From IMG/VR virus record IMGVR_UViG_3300031696_000001, positions 1-62,169 of that record: a DNA stretch of 62,169 nt; one strand, given 5' to 3'. Made by a program: the position numbers and the translations under genes. Under the pieces are notes generated by a model. The model searched no databases, was not told where the DNA came from, and saw nothing but the letters and a program-made list of their open reading frames with translations. The stretch is from a virus (taxonomy: Duplodnaviria; Caudoviricetes). Shown in pieces: positions 24,736-35,175 of this stretch; the stretch's first letter is position 1, and every line of letters starts with the position of its first letter.

Positions 24736-27498
24736 ATGGCAAAAATAGAAAATACCACCGTATATCCTACGGTACTTCCTGCATCAAATGACTTACTAAT
24801 TGCAACTGATGTTAGTAATGATAACGCAACCGTTACATTTTTAGTAAGTAGTTTAACAGGGGCTGGAGGAGTTGCTCAAGATTTACAATCAGTTTTAACT
24901 ACTGGTAATACCGCAGTAGAAGATATTAACCTTACGGGTAACATAATAGTTACAGGTATGGTTCAGCCTACTACTATAGGAGCTAATAATGGAGTGGGTA
25001 CGGCAGGGCAGGTTTTAAGTTCTACTGGTGCAGGATTACAGTGGATTGCTGCGGCTGGGGCTACTAATCAAAGCTTAGATCAAACGCTAACAGTAGGGAA
25101 TACATCTTCACAAAACATAATATTAAACAGTGGTATATTTACAGCAAATGGAGTAGGTAGTGGAGTAGCTATAAACTCTGCTGGAACTTTAACAAATGCA
25201 GGAGTTAGTACATTCACAGGTAATGTAAATATTAATTCTACAGACTTAATTTTTAACACTACAGGTCAAATAAGTGCTGGGGGATCAACAGGTACAGTAG
25301 GGCAATGGTTAGTATCTACAGGCACAGGATTAGAGTGGTCAAGTTCTATACCATCAGCATCTTGCTGCCCTTTACAGTCTACTTTACTTGGAGGAAATAC
25401 CGCTAATAATATTGGAATAATATTCACAGGAACAAGTACAACATCATTTACGGCTAACAATAGTATAACTTCATTAGGAACAAATTCTTGGGGAGGACAG
25501 AATACATTTAGTGGACCAATAATATTATCATCAACAGTTTCTGACGGTACTACTATTGGAACAGCTGGGCAGGTGTTATCATCAACAGGATCTGGAGTTT
25601 CATGGATTACACCAGCATCAAGTACAAACACATTACAACAAGTATTAGATGCGGGTAATACCGCTACAGGAACTAATGCACTTATAAATATAACAGGTTC
25701 TCTTACTGCTGGTACTATATTAGATACATCTTTATCTCCTGGAGGATCAGGTCAAATATTAAGCTCAACAGCAACTGGATTATCTTGGGTGAATATAGCT
25801 TGCTGTAATTTAGATAATACTCTATCAATGGGTAATACCTCTGCTCAAAGTATACTTTTAACAGGAACTTCAACTTTAACTGTACCAAAAGTTATCCCTG
25901 CAAGCATACAAGATACGGGAGGATCTATAGGAGCAAACGGTCAGGTTTTAGGAATTTTAGGAGGTGTTCTTTCATGGGTTTCTCCAGGTTTGGTAGATAC
26001 TACTTATACTTATGACGTGCCAAATGGAACAACTTCTCTAAGTTTATTAGATAGCAATGCGGGAGTTCAAGATATTAGCTTAACAGCAACAGCACCAGGC
26101 CTAACAATTACAAGAAATAGTTCGTCACAATTAACATTCAAAAATACTGGTACAACTTCTTTAATTGCAAATACTTCATTACTTAACACAACTGCAATTG
26201 TTGAGGGTTGTACAATTAATAATACAGCTGGATCCGCATCTACAATTACCTTATTAAGATATAATGGTGGTTCAAATATAGGTATGGTTCCTACAGGAGG
26301 AAATAATACAACATTCCTAAGGGGTGATGGTACATGGCAACCTGGAGCTGGTGGTGTAACATCATTAAATTTAACAACAGCAATACCCTCAGTAAATTCA
26401 TCTCCATTAGCACTTAATGCAACAACAGGAGCGGTTGTAATTACTCCTAAAACGTATGCTGGAGGTGGTTCTATAGGTTTTGTTCCACTTGGCGGAACTG
26501 CTACTACTTTTTTAAGGGGTGATGGTACATGGCAAGTAATTGGTGCAGGTGCAGGTGTAACTACTTTATCTTTAACTACAACTTCTGGACTAACATCACC
26601 TGTATCAGGTAGTATAGGTGGGGCTACATTAACTTTGAATTCAAATGTATTTGGTGGATCTAATCTTGTAGGATATGTTCCAGATTCATCAGCTTCAGAT
26701 CAAAGCACAACATTCTTAAGAGCAGATGGTAGTTGGGTAACCCCTGTAGGTTCGGGTGTTCAGTCCGTAACTCAGACTTTAGGAAATAATAATACTGCTC
26801 CATTGAATGCTTCAATTGCTGGTACTGTATTGAGTCTTCAAAACAATGTATTTAGTGGATCTAATTTTGTAGGATATGTTCCATCTTCAATAGCATCTTC
26901 ACAAACAACAACTTTCTTAAGGGCAGATGGTACATGGGCAACACCAGCAGGAGGAGCAGGAGGAGCAGGAGGATATATAGAAAGATTTACTTTTTCTGCT
27001 GTTAATACAAATTTTAATCAATCCTTTGGATTTCATTCTTTTGGTAATGTTCTGCAAAATGGATTTAATTCACTTAGAGCGGATACTCTTGTCTCAATTG
27101 GATCTCCAAATGCTCCAAATAATTGGAATGATATAGAATTAATAGGAGGTACAGTTTTTTCAAATGATTATACAGGTGAAGGTTCATGTGCAGCTGGCGC
27201 AGAGGGAAGTAAAGTATGTTCTGCTCATATTACAGGTGTTGCAAATAACGAACTTTCCCTTACTTTTGACTTATATAAACTTGATTTATGTAACGGAGAA
27301 GTTGCAACTGGAGTAGGTACAGTTACGGTACCAGTGGGAGGTGGTAAATTTTGTGCAGACTTTACTGCTCTTGGAGGAGGGGCTTTAAATATAAGTTTAA
27401 CACAAACACAAAGTCTTGTTTTTACTGTAAGGGGGGATAATGCGACTGTAAGTATACAAGGTTATGTTTCTATGCATATTGTACCTTTTGCAACATAA
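24736..27498 (+). CDS. long repetitive tail fibre
   Basis: Five L(Q/D)xxLxxGNT repeats, five GxxGQxLxxxGxxxxW repeats, four TTFLR(G/A)DG(T/S)W repeats. Confidence 0.8.
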   Translation: MAKIENTTVYPTVLPASNDLLIATDVSNDNATVTFLVSSLTGAGGVAQDLQSVLTTGNTAVEDINLTGNIIVTGMVQPTTIGANNGVGTAGQVLSSTGAGLQWIAAAGATNQSLDQTLTVGNTSSQNIILNSGIFTANGVGSGVAINSAGTLTNAGVSTFTGNVNINSTDLIFNTTGQISAGGSTGTVGQWLVSTGTGLEWSSSIPSASCCPLQSTLLGGNTANNIGIIFTGTSTTSFTANNSITSLGTNSWGGQNTFSGPIILSSTVSDGTTIGTAGQVLSSTGSGVSWITPASSTNTLQQVLDAGNTATGTNALINITGSLTAGTILDTSLSPGGSGQILSSTATGLSWVNIACCNLDNTLSMGNTSAQSILLTGTSTLTVPKVIPASIQDTGGSIGANGQVLGILGGVLSWVSPGLVDTTYTYDVPNGTTSLSLLDSNAGVQDISLTATAPGLTITRNSSSQLTFKNTGTTSLIANTSLLNTTAIVEGCTINNTAGSASTITLLRYNGGSNIGMVPTGGNNTTFLRGDGTWQPGAGGVTSLNLTTAIPSVNSSPLALNATTGAVVITPKTYAGGGSIGFVPLGGTATTFLRGDGTWQVIGAGAGVTTLSLTTTSGLTSPVSGSIGGATLTLNSNVFGGSNLVGYVPDSSASDQSTTFLRADGSWVTPVGSGVQSVTQTLGNNNTAPLNASIAGTVLSLQNNVFSGSNFVGYVPSSIASSQTTTFLRADGTWATPAGGAGGAGGYIERFTFSAVNTNFNQSFGFHSFGNVLQNGFNSLRADTLVSIGSPNAPNNWNDIELIGGTVFSNDYTGEGSCAAGAEGSKVCSAHITGVANNELSLTFDLYKLDLCNGEVATGVGTVTVPVGGGKFCADFTALGGGALNISLTQTQSLVFTVRGDNATVSIQGYVSMHIVPFAT

Positions 27499-27523
27499 AT
27501 AAAAATAAATTAAATTAAATGAA

Positions 27524-27742
27524 ATGGACATTAGAAAAATATCAATTGGCGCAGACTATAAGTCAGGCGCAATGCACTATATTGTAGGGCAAGACGTCTT
27601 AGGGGGGTCACATAAAATACATCTTATTCAGCATGTAGAGAGTTCATATAAAATATGGATTCAAAAAGGTGATGTTATTTATGTATGGAAAGAATTTTTA
27701 ACTACACTACCAATATCGTTAGAGTTTAATATAAACTTTTAA
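27524..27742 (+). CDS. conserved hypothetical protein
   Basis: IRKISIGADYKSGAMHYIVGQ. Confidence 0.8.
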   Translation: MDIRKISIGADYKSGAMHYIVGQDVLGGSHKIHLIQHVESSYKIWIQKGDVIYVWKEFLTTLPISLEFNINF

Positions 27743-28305
27743 TGAGGTCTCCATATAACTTTATTGTTACCCCCTTAAATAATAAGAGGTATGACAATAC
27801 AAAAGAAATAGGTAATACTGAATTTATTACAAGCGTTTCTGAAGAAGACCATATTGCATCTAATAGATTAGCTACAGTTATATCCTTACCTATAAATTAT
27901 AATGGACCTATAAAAAAAGGAGACACTTTATTAGTTCACCATAATGTATTTAAGTTTTATAATGACGTAAAGGGTAGGCGAAAAAGTGGACGTAGTTTTC
28001 TAAAAGACAATTTATTCTTAGTAGACCCTGATCAATTCTTTTTATATAAGCAAGATGATAATTGGAAGGCTTGGGGTAAATATTGTTTTATAAAACCAAT
28101 GTCTACTAAAGATTCTTATCTATTTAAAAATTGTAAAGAGGAGCCATTGTTTGGTACGGTAAAATATATTAATCAAGAACTATTAGATTTAGGAGTAAGC
28201 GTTGGAGATCAAATATCATTTACTCCAGAAAGTGAATATCCATTTACTGTGGATGATGAAAAACTATATAGAATGTTTACTAATAATATAACTATGGTAT
28301 TATGA
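27742..28305 (+). CDS. tandem GroES-like protein
   Basis: Two segments resembling the GroES beta-barrel (ATVISLP...IKKGDTLLV; GTVKY...VSVGDQISF). Confidence 0.55.
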   Translation: MRSPYNFIVTPLNNKRYDNTKEIGNTEFITSVSEEDHIASNRLATVISLPINYNGPIKKGDTLLVHHNVFKFYNDVKGRRKSGRSFLKDNLFLVDPDQFFLYKQDDNWKAWGKYCFIKPMSTKDSYLFKNCKEEPLFGTVKYINQELLDLGVSVGDQISFTPESEYPFTVDDEKLYRMFTNNITMVL

Positions 28306-28877
28306 TATATACTTTAGATAATTTTATAGATAAAGATTTATTTAAAATTGCTACTGATTATTTAAATAAAGGAGATTTTTTAAAACATACTGTAGGAGAA
28401 AAAGACTTTTACGTACAGGAATCTCCAGAGTCATTCGATAACTACGTTTTAAGGAAGTTAGGGCTAATGGAAGGTAAGTCATTAGAAAAGATATTAAGCT
28501 TCTTTAGAGTGTCTACAGATGAGTTAGACAACACTTGGCGTATACATTCGGATTTAAATATAAAAGGAGAAAAGCCAGATAGAGCAGCGGTTATTTATAT
28601 GTCTCCAAGAGAAAGGGAGGAGCTTCATGGTACAGCGTTTTGGGAACATGAGGTGTATGGTGATAGTTTACCTTCTCATATAACGGATGAAGAATATGAT
28701 AGAACTCTAAGAAAAGATTCAGAGGAATTAGATATGTGGAGATTAGTTTCTGTTTCTGGATATAAGCAAAACAGAATAATATCTTATCCTGCTAATTACT
28801 TTCATAGTAAGTATCCTAATAAGTCTTGGAAAGAAGGAAGACAGGTATATGTAATATTTTATAAATTTAAAAATTAA
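28302..28877 (+). CDS. 2OG-Fe(II) dioxygenase-like protein
   Basis: IHSD...GTAFW...NRIISY...FHS...RQVYVIF (HxD...H...R). Confidence 0.8.
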   Translation: MIYTLDNFIDKDLFKIATDYLNKGDFLKHTVGEKDFYVQESPESFDNYVLRKLGLMEGKSLEKILSFFRVSTDELDNTWRIHSDLNIKGEKPDRAAVIYMSPREREELHGTAFWEHEVYGDSLPSHITDEEYDRTLRKDSEELDMWRLVSVSGYKQNRIISYPANYFHSKYPNKSWKEGRQVYVIFYKFKN

Positions 28878-28880
28878 ATC

Positions 28881-29081
28881 ATGGGAGTGCAAAAAAACAT
28901 CGGACTATTAAAATCTAAGAACGATCAGGTAACAGAAAATTTAAAAATGTTAATTATTGAAGAGCAAAAAACAAGAGAGCTTGTTGTTGGCTGTTTAGAA
29001 TTATTAAAATTAATGCCAGGATATGATAAAGCATTAGAGCAATTAACAGAAAGAAATGAAGATGGACATAAGAGAGATTAA
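28881..29081 (+). CDS. hypothetical protein
   Basis: 66-aa ORF. Confidence 0.7.
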   Translation: MGVQKNIGLLKSKNDQVTENLKMLIIEEQKTRELVVGCLELLKLMPGYDKALEQLTERNEDGHKRD

Positions 29082-29340
29082 GATAAGTATAATAGAGGCT
29101 GGAGAAAAAGCAGTTAAGCAACTTGTAAAGGTTGCTAAGGCTGAAATTATAAAGGTTGATGCAGAAGATCCTTTAGCTGCTGATAAATTAAAGAATGCTG
29201 CAGCTACTAAGAAGTTAGCTATCTTTGATGCTTTTGAGATACTTAAAAGAATTGAAGAAGAAAAAGCGTTGTTAGATGGAAAGGTAGCTGATAAAAAAAC
29301 TAATACCCCAAAAGGATTTGCAGAGTCAAGATCAAAATAA
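29056..29340 (+). CDS. putative terminase small subunit
   Basis: Helical protein immediately upstream of and overlapping TerL; call is positional. Confidence 0.5.
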   Translation: MKMDIREIKISIIEAGEKAVKQLVKVAKAEIIKVDAEDPLAADKLKNAAATKKLAIFDAFEILKRIEEEKALLDGKVADKKTNTPKGFAESRSK

Positions 29341-31564
29341 ATTATATACTAAAGTAAATAAGCTCATTACAAACTCTGTTATAGTTAATAAGAACAGGGG
29401 TAGGACTTGGTTATATGGGTATAATGAAAAGTATGATGTGGTTGTTATATCAAAGACAGGTCAGATTGGATCTGTTATAGATATTAATGGGCTAAAGATT
29501 GCATTACCAAAACCCCCTAAAGATGTATATAAAAGAGATAATAAAAAAGAAGAACAATACTGGCACTCTACTCCAATACCAAAGGAATTAAATAGGATAA
29601 AATCTATATTTCAGTGGCATGATACTCCTGATATATTTAAGGATAAGTGGGTTGACTATATAGAATCAGAGTTTGATAAACGAGAACAGGGTTATTGGTT
29701 TATGAATAATGGGGTTCCCACTTATATAACAGGAACTCATTACATGTACCTTCAGTGGACTAAGATTGATGTCGGAAATCCCGACTTCAGAGAAGCTAAT
29801 AGAATTTTCTATTTATTTTGGGAGGCATGCAAAGCTGATAAAAGAAGTTTTGGTATGTGTTATTTAAAAATAAGACGTTCAGGATTTTCTTTTATGAGTT
29901 CTTGCGAGGGAGTTAATCAAGCTACTATTACTAAAGACTCAAGAATAGGTATACTTTCTAAAAGTGGAGCAGATGCTAAAAAAATGTTTACAGATAAAGT
30001 AGTACCTATATCTAATAATTATCCATTCTTTTTTAAACCTATACAGGATGGTATGGATAAACCTAAAACTGAATTAGCATATAGAGTTCCTGCGTCTAAG
30101 ATTACTAAAAAGAATATGTTTCATTTAACAGATGATGAGTTAGAGGGATTAGATACAACTATTGACTGGAAAAATACTGGAGACAATAGTTATGATGGTG
30201 AAAAATTACAATTACTCTTACATGATGAGAGTGGTAAATGGGAACGTCCAGATAACATACTTAATAACTGGCGTGTAACTAAAACATGTTTACGATTAGG
30301 GAGTAAAGTTATTGGTAAATGTATGATGGGATCAACATCAAATGCTTTAGATAAAGGTGGGAGAAATTTTAAATCTCTTTTTGATGATTCTCTTCCTTCT
30401 AAAAGAAATGCAAATGGTCAAACAAAAAGTGGATTGTATTGCTTATTTGTTCCTATGGAATGGAACTTTGAGGGATATATAGATGTGTATGGAATGCCTG
30501 TATTTAAAACTCCAAAAGTTCCCATAATGGGAATTGATGGGGAATTAATTACTATAGGAGCTATTAACTATTGGGAAAATGAAGTTGCATCTTTATCTCA
30601 AGATCCAGATGCGTTAAATGAATTTTATAGACAATTCCCTCGTACTGAGTCACATGCGTTTAGAGATGAAAGTAAGCAATCTATCTTTAACTTAACAAAA
30701 ATATATCAACAGGTAGATTACAATGATTCTTTAATAATAGATCATCACATTACAAGAGGATCTTTTTCTTGGGAAAACGGAATAAAAGATACTAAAGTAA
30801 TATGGTCTCCAAATAAGCATGGTAGATTTTTAGTGAGTTGGACTCCGCCTCCTGGTATGGATAATAAAGTTATAATGCAAAGAGGTAATAAAAAACCAGG
30901 GAACGAACATATTGGTTCATTTGGATGTGACTCTTATGATATTTCTGGAGTAGTTGTAGGTAAGGGGTCTAATGGAGCATTACATGGATTGACTAAATTT
31001 ACTATGGATCAAGCGCCAAGTAATCACTTTTTTTTAGAATATATTGCCAGACCACAAACTGCGGAGATATTTTTTGAAGAAGTTTTAATGGCATGTGTTT
31101 ATTATGGAATGCCAATACTTTGTGAAAATAATAAGCCCAGATTATTATATCACTTTAAGAATAGAGGTTATAGGGGGTATTCATTAAACCGACCAGATAA
31201 AGTATATACAAAATTATCTAAAACAGAAAAAGAATTAGGAGGTATTCCTAATACATCTGAAGACGTTAAACAATCACATGCTTCTGCGATTGAATCATAT
31301 ATTGAGAAGCATATAGGTATTGATTTTAATGGAGATTACAGAGAGGCTGGTGATATGGGAGTAATGTATTTTGGAAAAACTTTAGAGGATTGGGCAAAGT
31401 TTGATATAAGTAATAGAACTAAATTTGATGCCGCTATTAGTTCTGGATTAGCTATCATGGCTAATCAGAAGCATTTATATACACCATCTAAACAAAAATC
31501 AAAAATAAGTATTAACTTTGCAAGATATAATAATTCAAGCAATACAAGCAATATAATTACATGA
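29318..31564 (+). CDS. terL: terminase large subunit
   Basis: LKIRRSGFS Walker A variant, LLHDESGK Walker B, GSTSN, FGCDSYD nuclease, FDAAISSGL. Confidence 0.9.
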   Translation: MQSQDQNKLYTKVNKLITNSVIVNKNRGRTWLYGYNEKYDVVVISKTGQIGSVIDINGLKIALPKPPKDVYKRDNKKEEQYWHSTPIPKELNRIKSIFQWHDTPDIFKDKWVDYIESEFDKREQGYWFMNNGVPTYITGTHYMYLQWTKIDVGNPDFREANRIFYLFWEACKADKRSFGMCYLKIRRSGFSFMSSCEGVNQATITKDSRIGILSKSGADAKKMFTDKVVPISNNYPFFFKPIQDGMDKPKTELAYRVPASKITKKNMFHLTDDELEGLDTTIDWKNTGDNSYDGEKLQLLLHDESGKWERPDNILNNWRVTKTCLRLGSKVIGKCMMGSTSNALDKGGRNFKSLFDDSLPSKRNANGQTKSGLYCLFVPMEWNFEGYIDVYGMPVFKTPKVPIMGIDGELITIGAINYWENEVASLSQDPDALNEFYRQFPRTESHAFRDESKQSIFNLTKIYQQVDYNDSLIIDHHITRGSFSWENGIKDTKVIWSPNKHGRFLVSWTPPPGMDNKVIMQRGNKKPGNEHIGSFGCDSYDISGVVVGKGSNGALHGLTKFTMDQAPSNHFFLEYIARPQTAEIFFEEVLMACVYYGMPILCENNKPRLLYHFKNRGYRGYSLNRPDKVYTKLSKTEKELGGIPNTSEDVKQSHASAIESYIEKHIGIDFNGDYREAGDMGVMYFGKTLEDWAKFDISNRTKFDAAISSGLAIMANQKHLYTPSKQKSKISINFARYNNSSNTSNIIT

Positions 31565-33996
31565 AAGATGTTACAATAAAAATACAGTCTACTGCTTTCC
31601 CTGATCAATTTGCTTCTGACAAAGAAAAAGCTAAAATTGAATTTGGTTTAAAAGTAGGTCAAGCAATACAATATGAGTGGTTTAGAAAGGATGGTAATGG
31701 ATGTAGGTTTTATGATCAGTGGGGAGAATTTCATAGATTAAGATTATATGCACGTGGAGAACAATCAGTAGCTAAGTATAAAAATGAATTAGCTGTAGAT
31801 GGTGATTTATCTTATTTAAATTTAGATTGGACACCAGTACCTATAATACCTAAATTTGTAGATATAGTGGTTAATGGTATGTCTGATAGATTATTTAAAG
31901 TTAATTGTACTGCTATGGACGCTATGTCAGCTGAGAAGAGAAGTGAGTTTCAGGATATGGTACAAACTAATGTTGTAGCTCAAGACTTATTTAAACAAAT
32001 AGAAAAAGACTTTCAGATGGAGGTGTTTCAGGTTGATCCTAAGACACTACCAACAAGTGATGCTGAAATGGAATTATATATGCAGCTCAATTATAAGCCA
32101 GGGATTGAAATAGCAAATGAAATAGCAATAGATACAATGTTTCGGGAAAATCATTATTCTGATACAAGAAAAAGAATTGACCTTGATATTACTACTTTAG
32201 GTATAGGTATAGCTAAACATAGTTTTCAGAAAGGGGATGGTATTAAGGTTGAGTATGTTGATCCTGCTAATGTTGTTTATAGTTACACAGAAGACCCTTA
32301 TTTTAAAGATACATTCTATTGGGGAGAAATAAAAACTGTTCCTATTGGAGAGGTAGTTAAAATTGATCCAACTGTTACTCTTGAACAGATGGAAGAAATA
32401 TCTAAGTACAGCCAGTCTTGGTATGATTATTATAATAGTCAGGCAATGTATAATAACAGCATGTTTTCAAGAGATACTTGTACTCTTTTATATTTTAATT
32501 ATAAAAGCACAAACAGTTTTGTTTACAAGAAAAAACAAATGGCTGAAGGTACATTTAAAACTGTAGAAAAAGATGATGAGTTTAATCCTCCTCAAGAAAT
32601 GATGGATGAAGGGAATTTTGAAAGAGTAGAAAAAAGAATTGATGTTTGGTATGAAGGTGTTATGGTGATGGGAACAAACATTATGTTAGAATGGAAGATG
32701 ATGGAGAATATGGTTAGACCAAATTCTGCAAACCAATATGCAATGCCTAACTATGTAGCTTGTGCTCCAAGAATGTATAAAGGAAATTTAGAATCTTTAG
32801 TTAGAAGAATGATTCCTTTTGCTGATTTAATTCAAATAAGTCATTTGAAGATACAGCAAGTTGTAGCTAAAGTAGTTCCCGATGGAGTGTTTATAGATGC
32901 TGATGGATTAAATGAAATTGATTTAGGAACTGGTCAGGCATATAATCCTGAAGATGCTTTGCGATTATATTTTCAAACAGGTTCTGTTATTGGTAGAAGT
33001 TATACTCAAGATGGAGAATATAATAATGCTAAAGTACCAATTACTCAACTTACTTCTAATAGTGGTCAGAGTAAAATGCAAATGCTCATAGGGAATTATA
33101 ATCATTATTTAGGAATGTTAAGGCAGGTAACTGGGCTTAATGAAGCAAGAGATGCTTCTACTCCTGATCCAAATTCTTTAGTTGGAGTTCAGAAGTTAGC
33201 GGCTTTAAATTCTAATGTAGCAACACGACACATTTTACAATCAAGTCTTTATATAACTAAAACCTTAGCAGAATGCTTATCTATAAGAACAGCTGATGTT
33301 TTAGAGTATGCTGATTTTAGAGAGGAGTTTGCAATGCAAATAGGTAAATATAATTTAGGAATATTAGAAGATATTAAAAATCTTTATTTACATGACTTTG
33401 GTATATTTATAGAAATGAGTCCAGATGAAGAAGAAAAAGCTCAATTAGAAACTAATATTCAAATGGCCCTACAGCAAGGTGGGATTGACTTGGAGGATGC
33501 TATTGATATTAGAACTATCAATAATTTAAAAATGGCTAACCAGTTGTTAAAGGTTAAGCGTAAGCAAAGTGCTGCTGAGAAGAGAGAACAAGAACAACAA
33601 GCTCAAGCTATGCAAAATCAGCAACAACAACAACTTCAACAACAGGCTGCTCAAGCTGCAATGCAGCAAAGTCAACAGGAAATGCAGACTAAGATTCAAA
33701 TTAAACAGGCTGAGATAGCTTTTGAAATAGAAAAACAAAAGAATGAGGCGGATCTTAAGCGTCAATTAATGCAGGTTGAGTTTAATATGAATATGCAGTT
33801 AAGAGGAATGGATGAGCAGAAGATTGACGCAAGAGAAACTCAGAGAGAGGATGCAAAAGCAAAGCGTATAAGTCAGGCTGGAACTCAACAATCTAAAATG
33901 ATTACTCAGAGAAAAACAGGAGGAACACCTATAAATTTTGAATCTAATGAAGATAGTTTAGATGGTTTTGATTTAGCTGAATTCAACCCAAGATAG
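31561..33996 (+). CDS. portal protein
   Basis: 811 aa after TerL; PIIPKFVDIVVNGM; Gln-rich coiled-coil C-terminus. Confidence 0.85.
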   Translation: MKDVTIKIQSTAFPDQFASDKEKAKIEFGLKVGQAIQYEWFRKDGNGCRFYDQWGEFHRLRLYARGEQSVAKYKNELAVDGDLSYLNLDWTPVPIIPKFVDIVVNGMSDRLFKVNCTAMDAMSAEKRSEFQDMVQTNVVAQDLFKQIEKDFQMEVFQVDPKTLPTSDAEMELYMQLNYKPGIEIANEIAIDTMFRENHYSDTRKRIDLDITTLGIGIAKHSFQKGDGIKVEYVDPANVVYSYTEDPYFKDTFYWGEIKTVPIGEVVKIDPTVTLEQMEEISKYSQSWYDYYNSQAMYNNSMFSRDTCTLLYFNYKSTNSFVYKKKQMAEGTFKTVEKDDEFNPPQEMMDEGNFERVEKRIDVWYEGVMVMGTNIMLEWKMMENMVRPNSANQYAMPNYVACAPRMYKGNLESLVRRMIPFADLIQISHLKIQQVVAKVVPDGVFIDADGLNEIDLGTGQAYNPEDALRLYFQTGSVIGRSYTQDGEYNNAKVPITQLTSNSGQSKMQMLIGNYNHYLGMLRQVTGLNEARDASTPDPNSLVGVQKLAALNSNVATRHILQSSLYITKTLAECLSIRTADVLEYADFREEFAMQIGKYNLGILEDIKNLYLHDFGIFIEMSPDEEEKAQLETNIQMALQQGGIDLEDAIDIRTINNLKMANQLLKVKRKQSAAEKREQEQQAQAMQNQQQQQLQQQAAQAAMQQSQQEMQTKIQIKQAEIAFEIEKQKNEADLKRQLMQVEFNMNMQLRGMDEQKIDARETQREDAKAKRISQAGTQQSKMITQRKTGGTPINFESNEDSLDGFDLAEFNPR

Positions 33997-34023
33997 ACCT
34001 TAATGAAACAATAAAAATAGTAT

Positions 34024-34031
34024 TAACTTTG
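34024..34031 (+). promoter_or_regulatory. -7 box TAACTTTG
   Basis: Upstream of scaffold/MCP. Confidence 0.6.
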
Positions 34032-34051
34032 CACAAATTAAATTAAATAAA

Positions 34052-35158
34052 ATGGAAACAGAAGAAAAATTTATCGTCAAGGACGTTAGTGGGGTTGAAA
34101 AATCCAAAGTAGAGGTTGAAGAGCAGTTACTTAAAGAGCATGAAGAAAAATTTGATCCAGTAAGTAATGAGGATTCAATAGACAAGGTAGATATACCTGT
34201 AGAAGAAACTCCCGTATCAGAGTTAAATGATGCAGACGTTCTTTCTTATATTAAGAATAGGTATGATAAAGATATTGAATCAGTAGATCAGTTGTTTGAA
34301 ACGAAAGAATCAAATGAAGAATTACCTGAAGATGTATCTGCTTATTTTAAATATAAAAAAGAGACTGGTCGTAGTATTCAAGATTTTGTTAAATTACAAC
34401 AGAATTATGATGAAATGGACAGCAACAAATTGTTGTCTCAATATTATTCTCAAACTGAAGAAGGTTTAGATAGTGAGGATATAAAAGACTTAATGGAGGA
34501 TAAGTTTGGTTATGATGAAGATTTAGATGAGCCAAGTGATATTAAGAAAATTGAGAGGGCAAAGAAAAGAGAACTTGTAAAAGCTAAAAAGTTTTTAAAC
34601 GAACAGAAAGATAAATATAACATTCCTCTTGAGTCAAGCGGGAATGGATTATCTGGAGATCAATTAGAAGATTTTAATAGCTATAAAAGTTATGTAGAGG
34701 AATCTAACACTGCAAAAGAAGCACAGAAGAAAAGGTATGATTACTTTTTAAATAAGACTGATGAGGTCTTTAACGATGAGTTCAAAGGTTTTGAGTTCAA
34801 TATCGGAGATAAGAGTATAACCTTTAAACCTGGTGATAAAGATGAGTTGAAAAGTAAACAATCTAATGTGAATAATTTCGTGGATAAGTTCATGGATAAA
34901 GAATCAGGATTGATGAATGACGCTCAGGGATATCATAGAGCTATGTCAGTAGCTATGAATCTTGACAAATTTGCTGAATTCTTTTTTAATCAAGGGATGA
35001 CGGATACTATTGATAATGTTTCTAAAAAATCAAAAAACATTAATATGGATGTACGTCCCACCCCTCAGAATTTCAGTAAAGATGGATTGAAGATTAGAGC
35101 TGTAGGCGATTCGAGCAGTGGTAAAGGACTCAAAATTAGAAGTGCAAAAAAATTATAA
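34052..35158 (+). CDS. putative capsid scaffolding protein
   Basis: Acidic and helical, between portal and MCP. Confidence 0.65.
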   Translation: METEEKFIVKDVSGVEKSKVEVEEQLLKEHEEKFDPVSNEDSIDKVDIPVEETPVSELNDADVLSYIKNRYDKDIESVDQLFETKESNEELPEDVSAYFKYKKETGRSIQDFVKLQQNYDEMDSNKLLSQYYSQTEEGLDSEDIKDLMEDKFGYDEDLDEPSDIKKIERAKKRELVKAKKFLNEQKDKYNIPLESSGNGLSGDQLEDFNSYKSYVEESNTAKEAQKKRYDYFLNKTDEVFNDEFKGFEFNIGDKSITFKPGDKDELKSKQSNVNNFVDKFMDKESGLMNDAQGYHRAMSVAMNLDKFAEFFFNQGMTDTIDNVSKKSKNINMDVRPTPQNFSKDGLKIRAVGDSSSGKGLKIRSAKKL

Positions 35159-35175
35159 ATTAAAAAACAAAAAAA

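Noticed and set aside
20942-27498. Diversity-generating retroelement acting on the fibres
   Set aside because: No reverse transcriptase, and I saw no template/variable repeat pair differing at adenines
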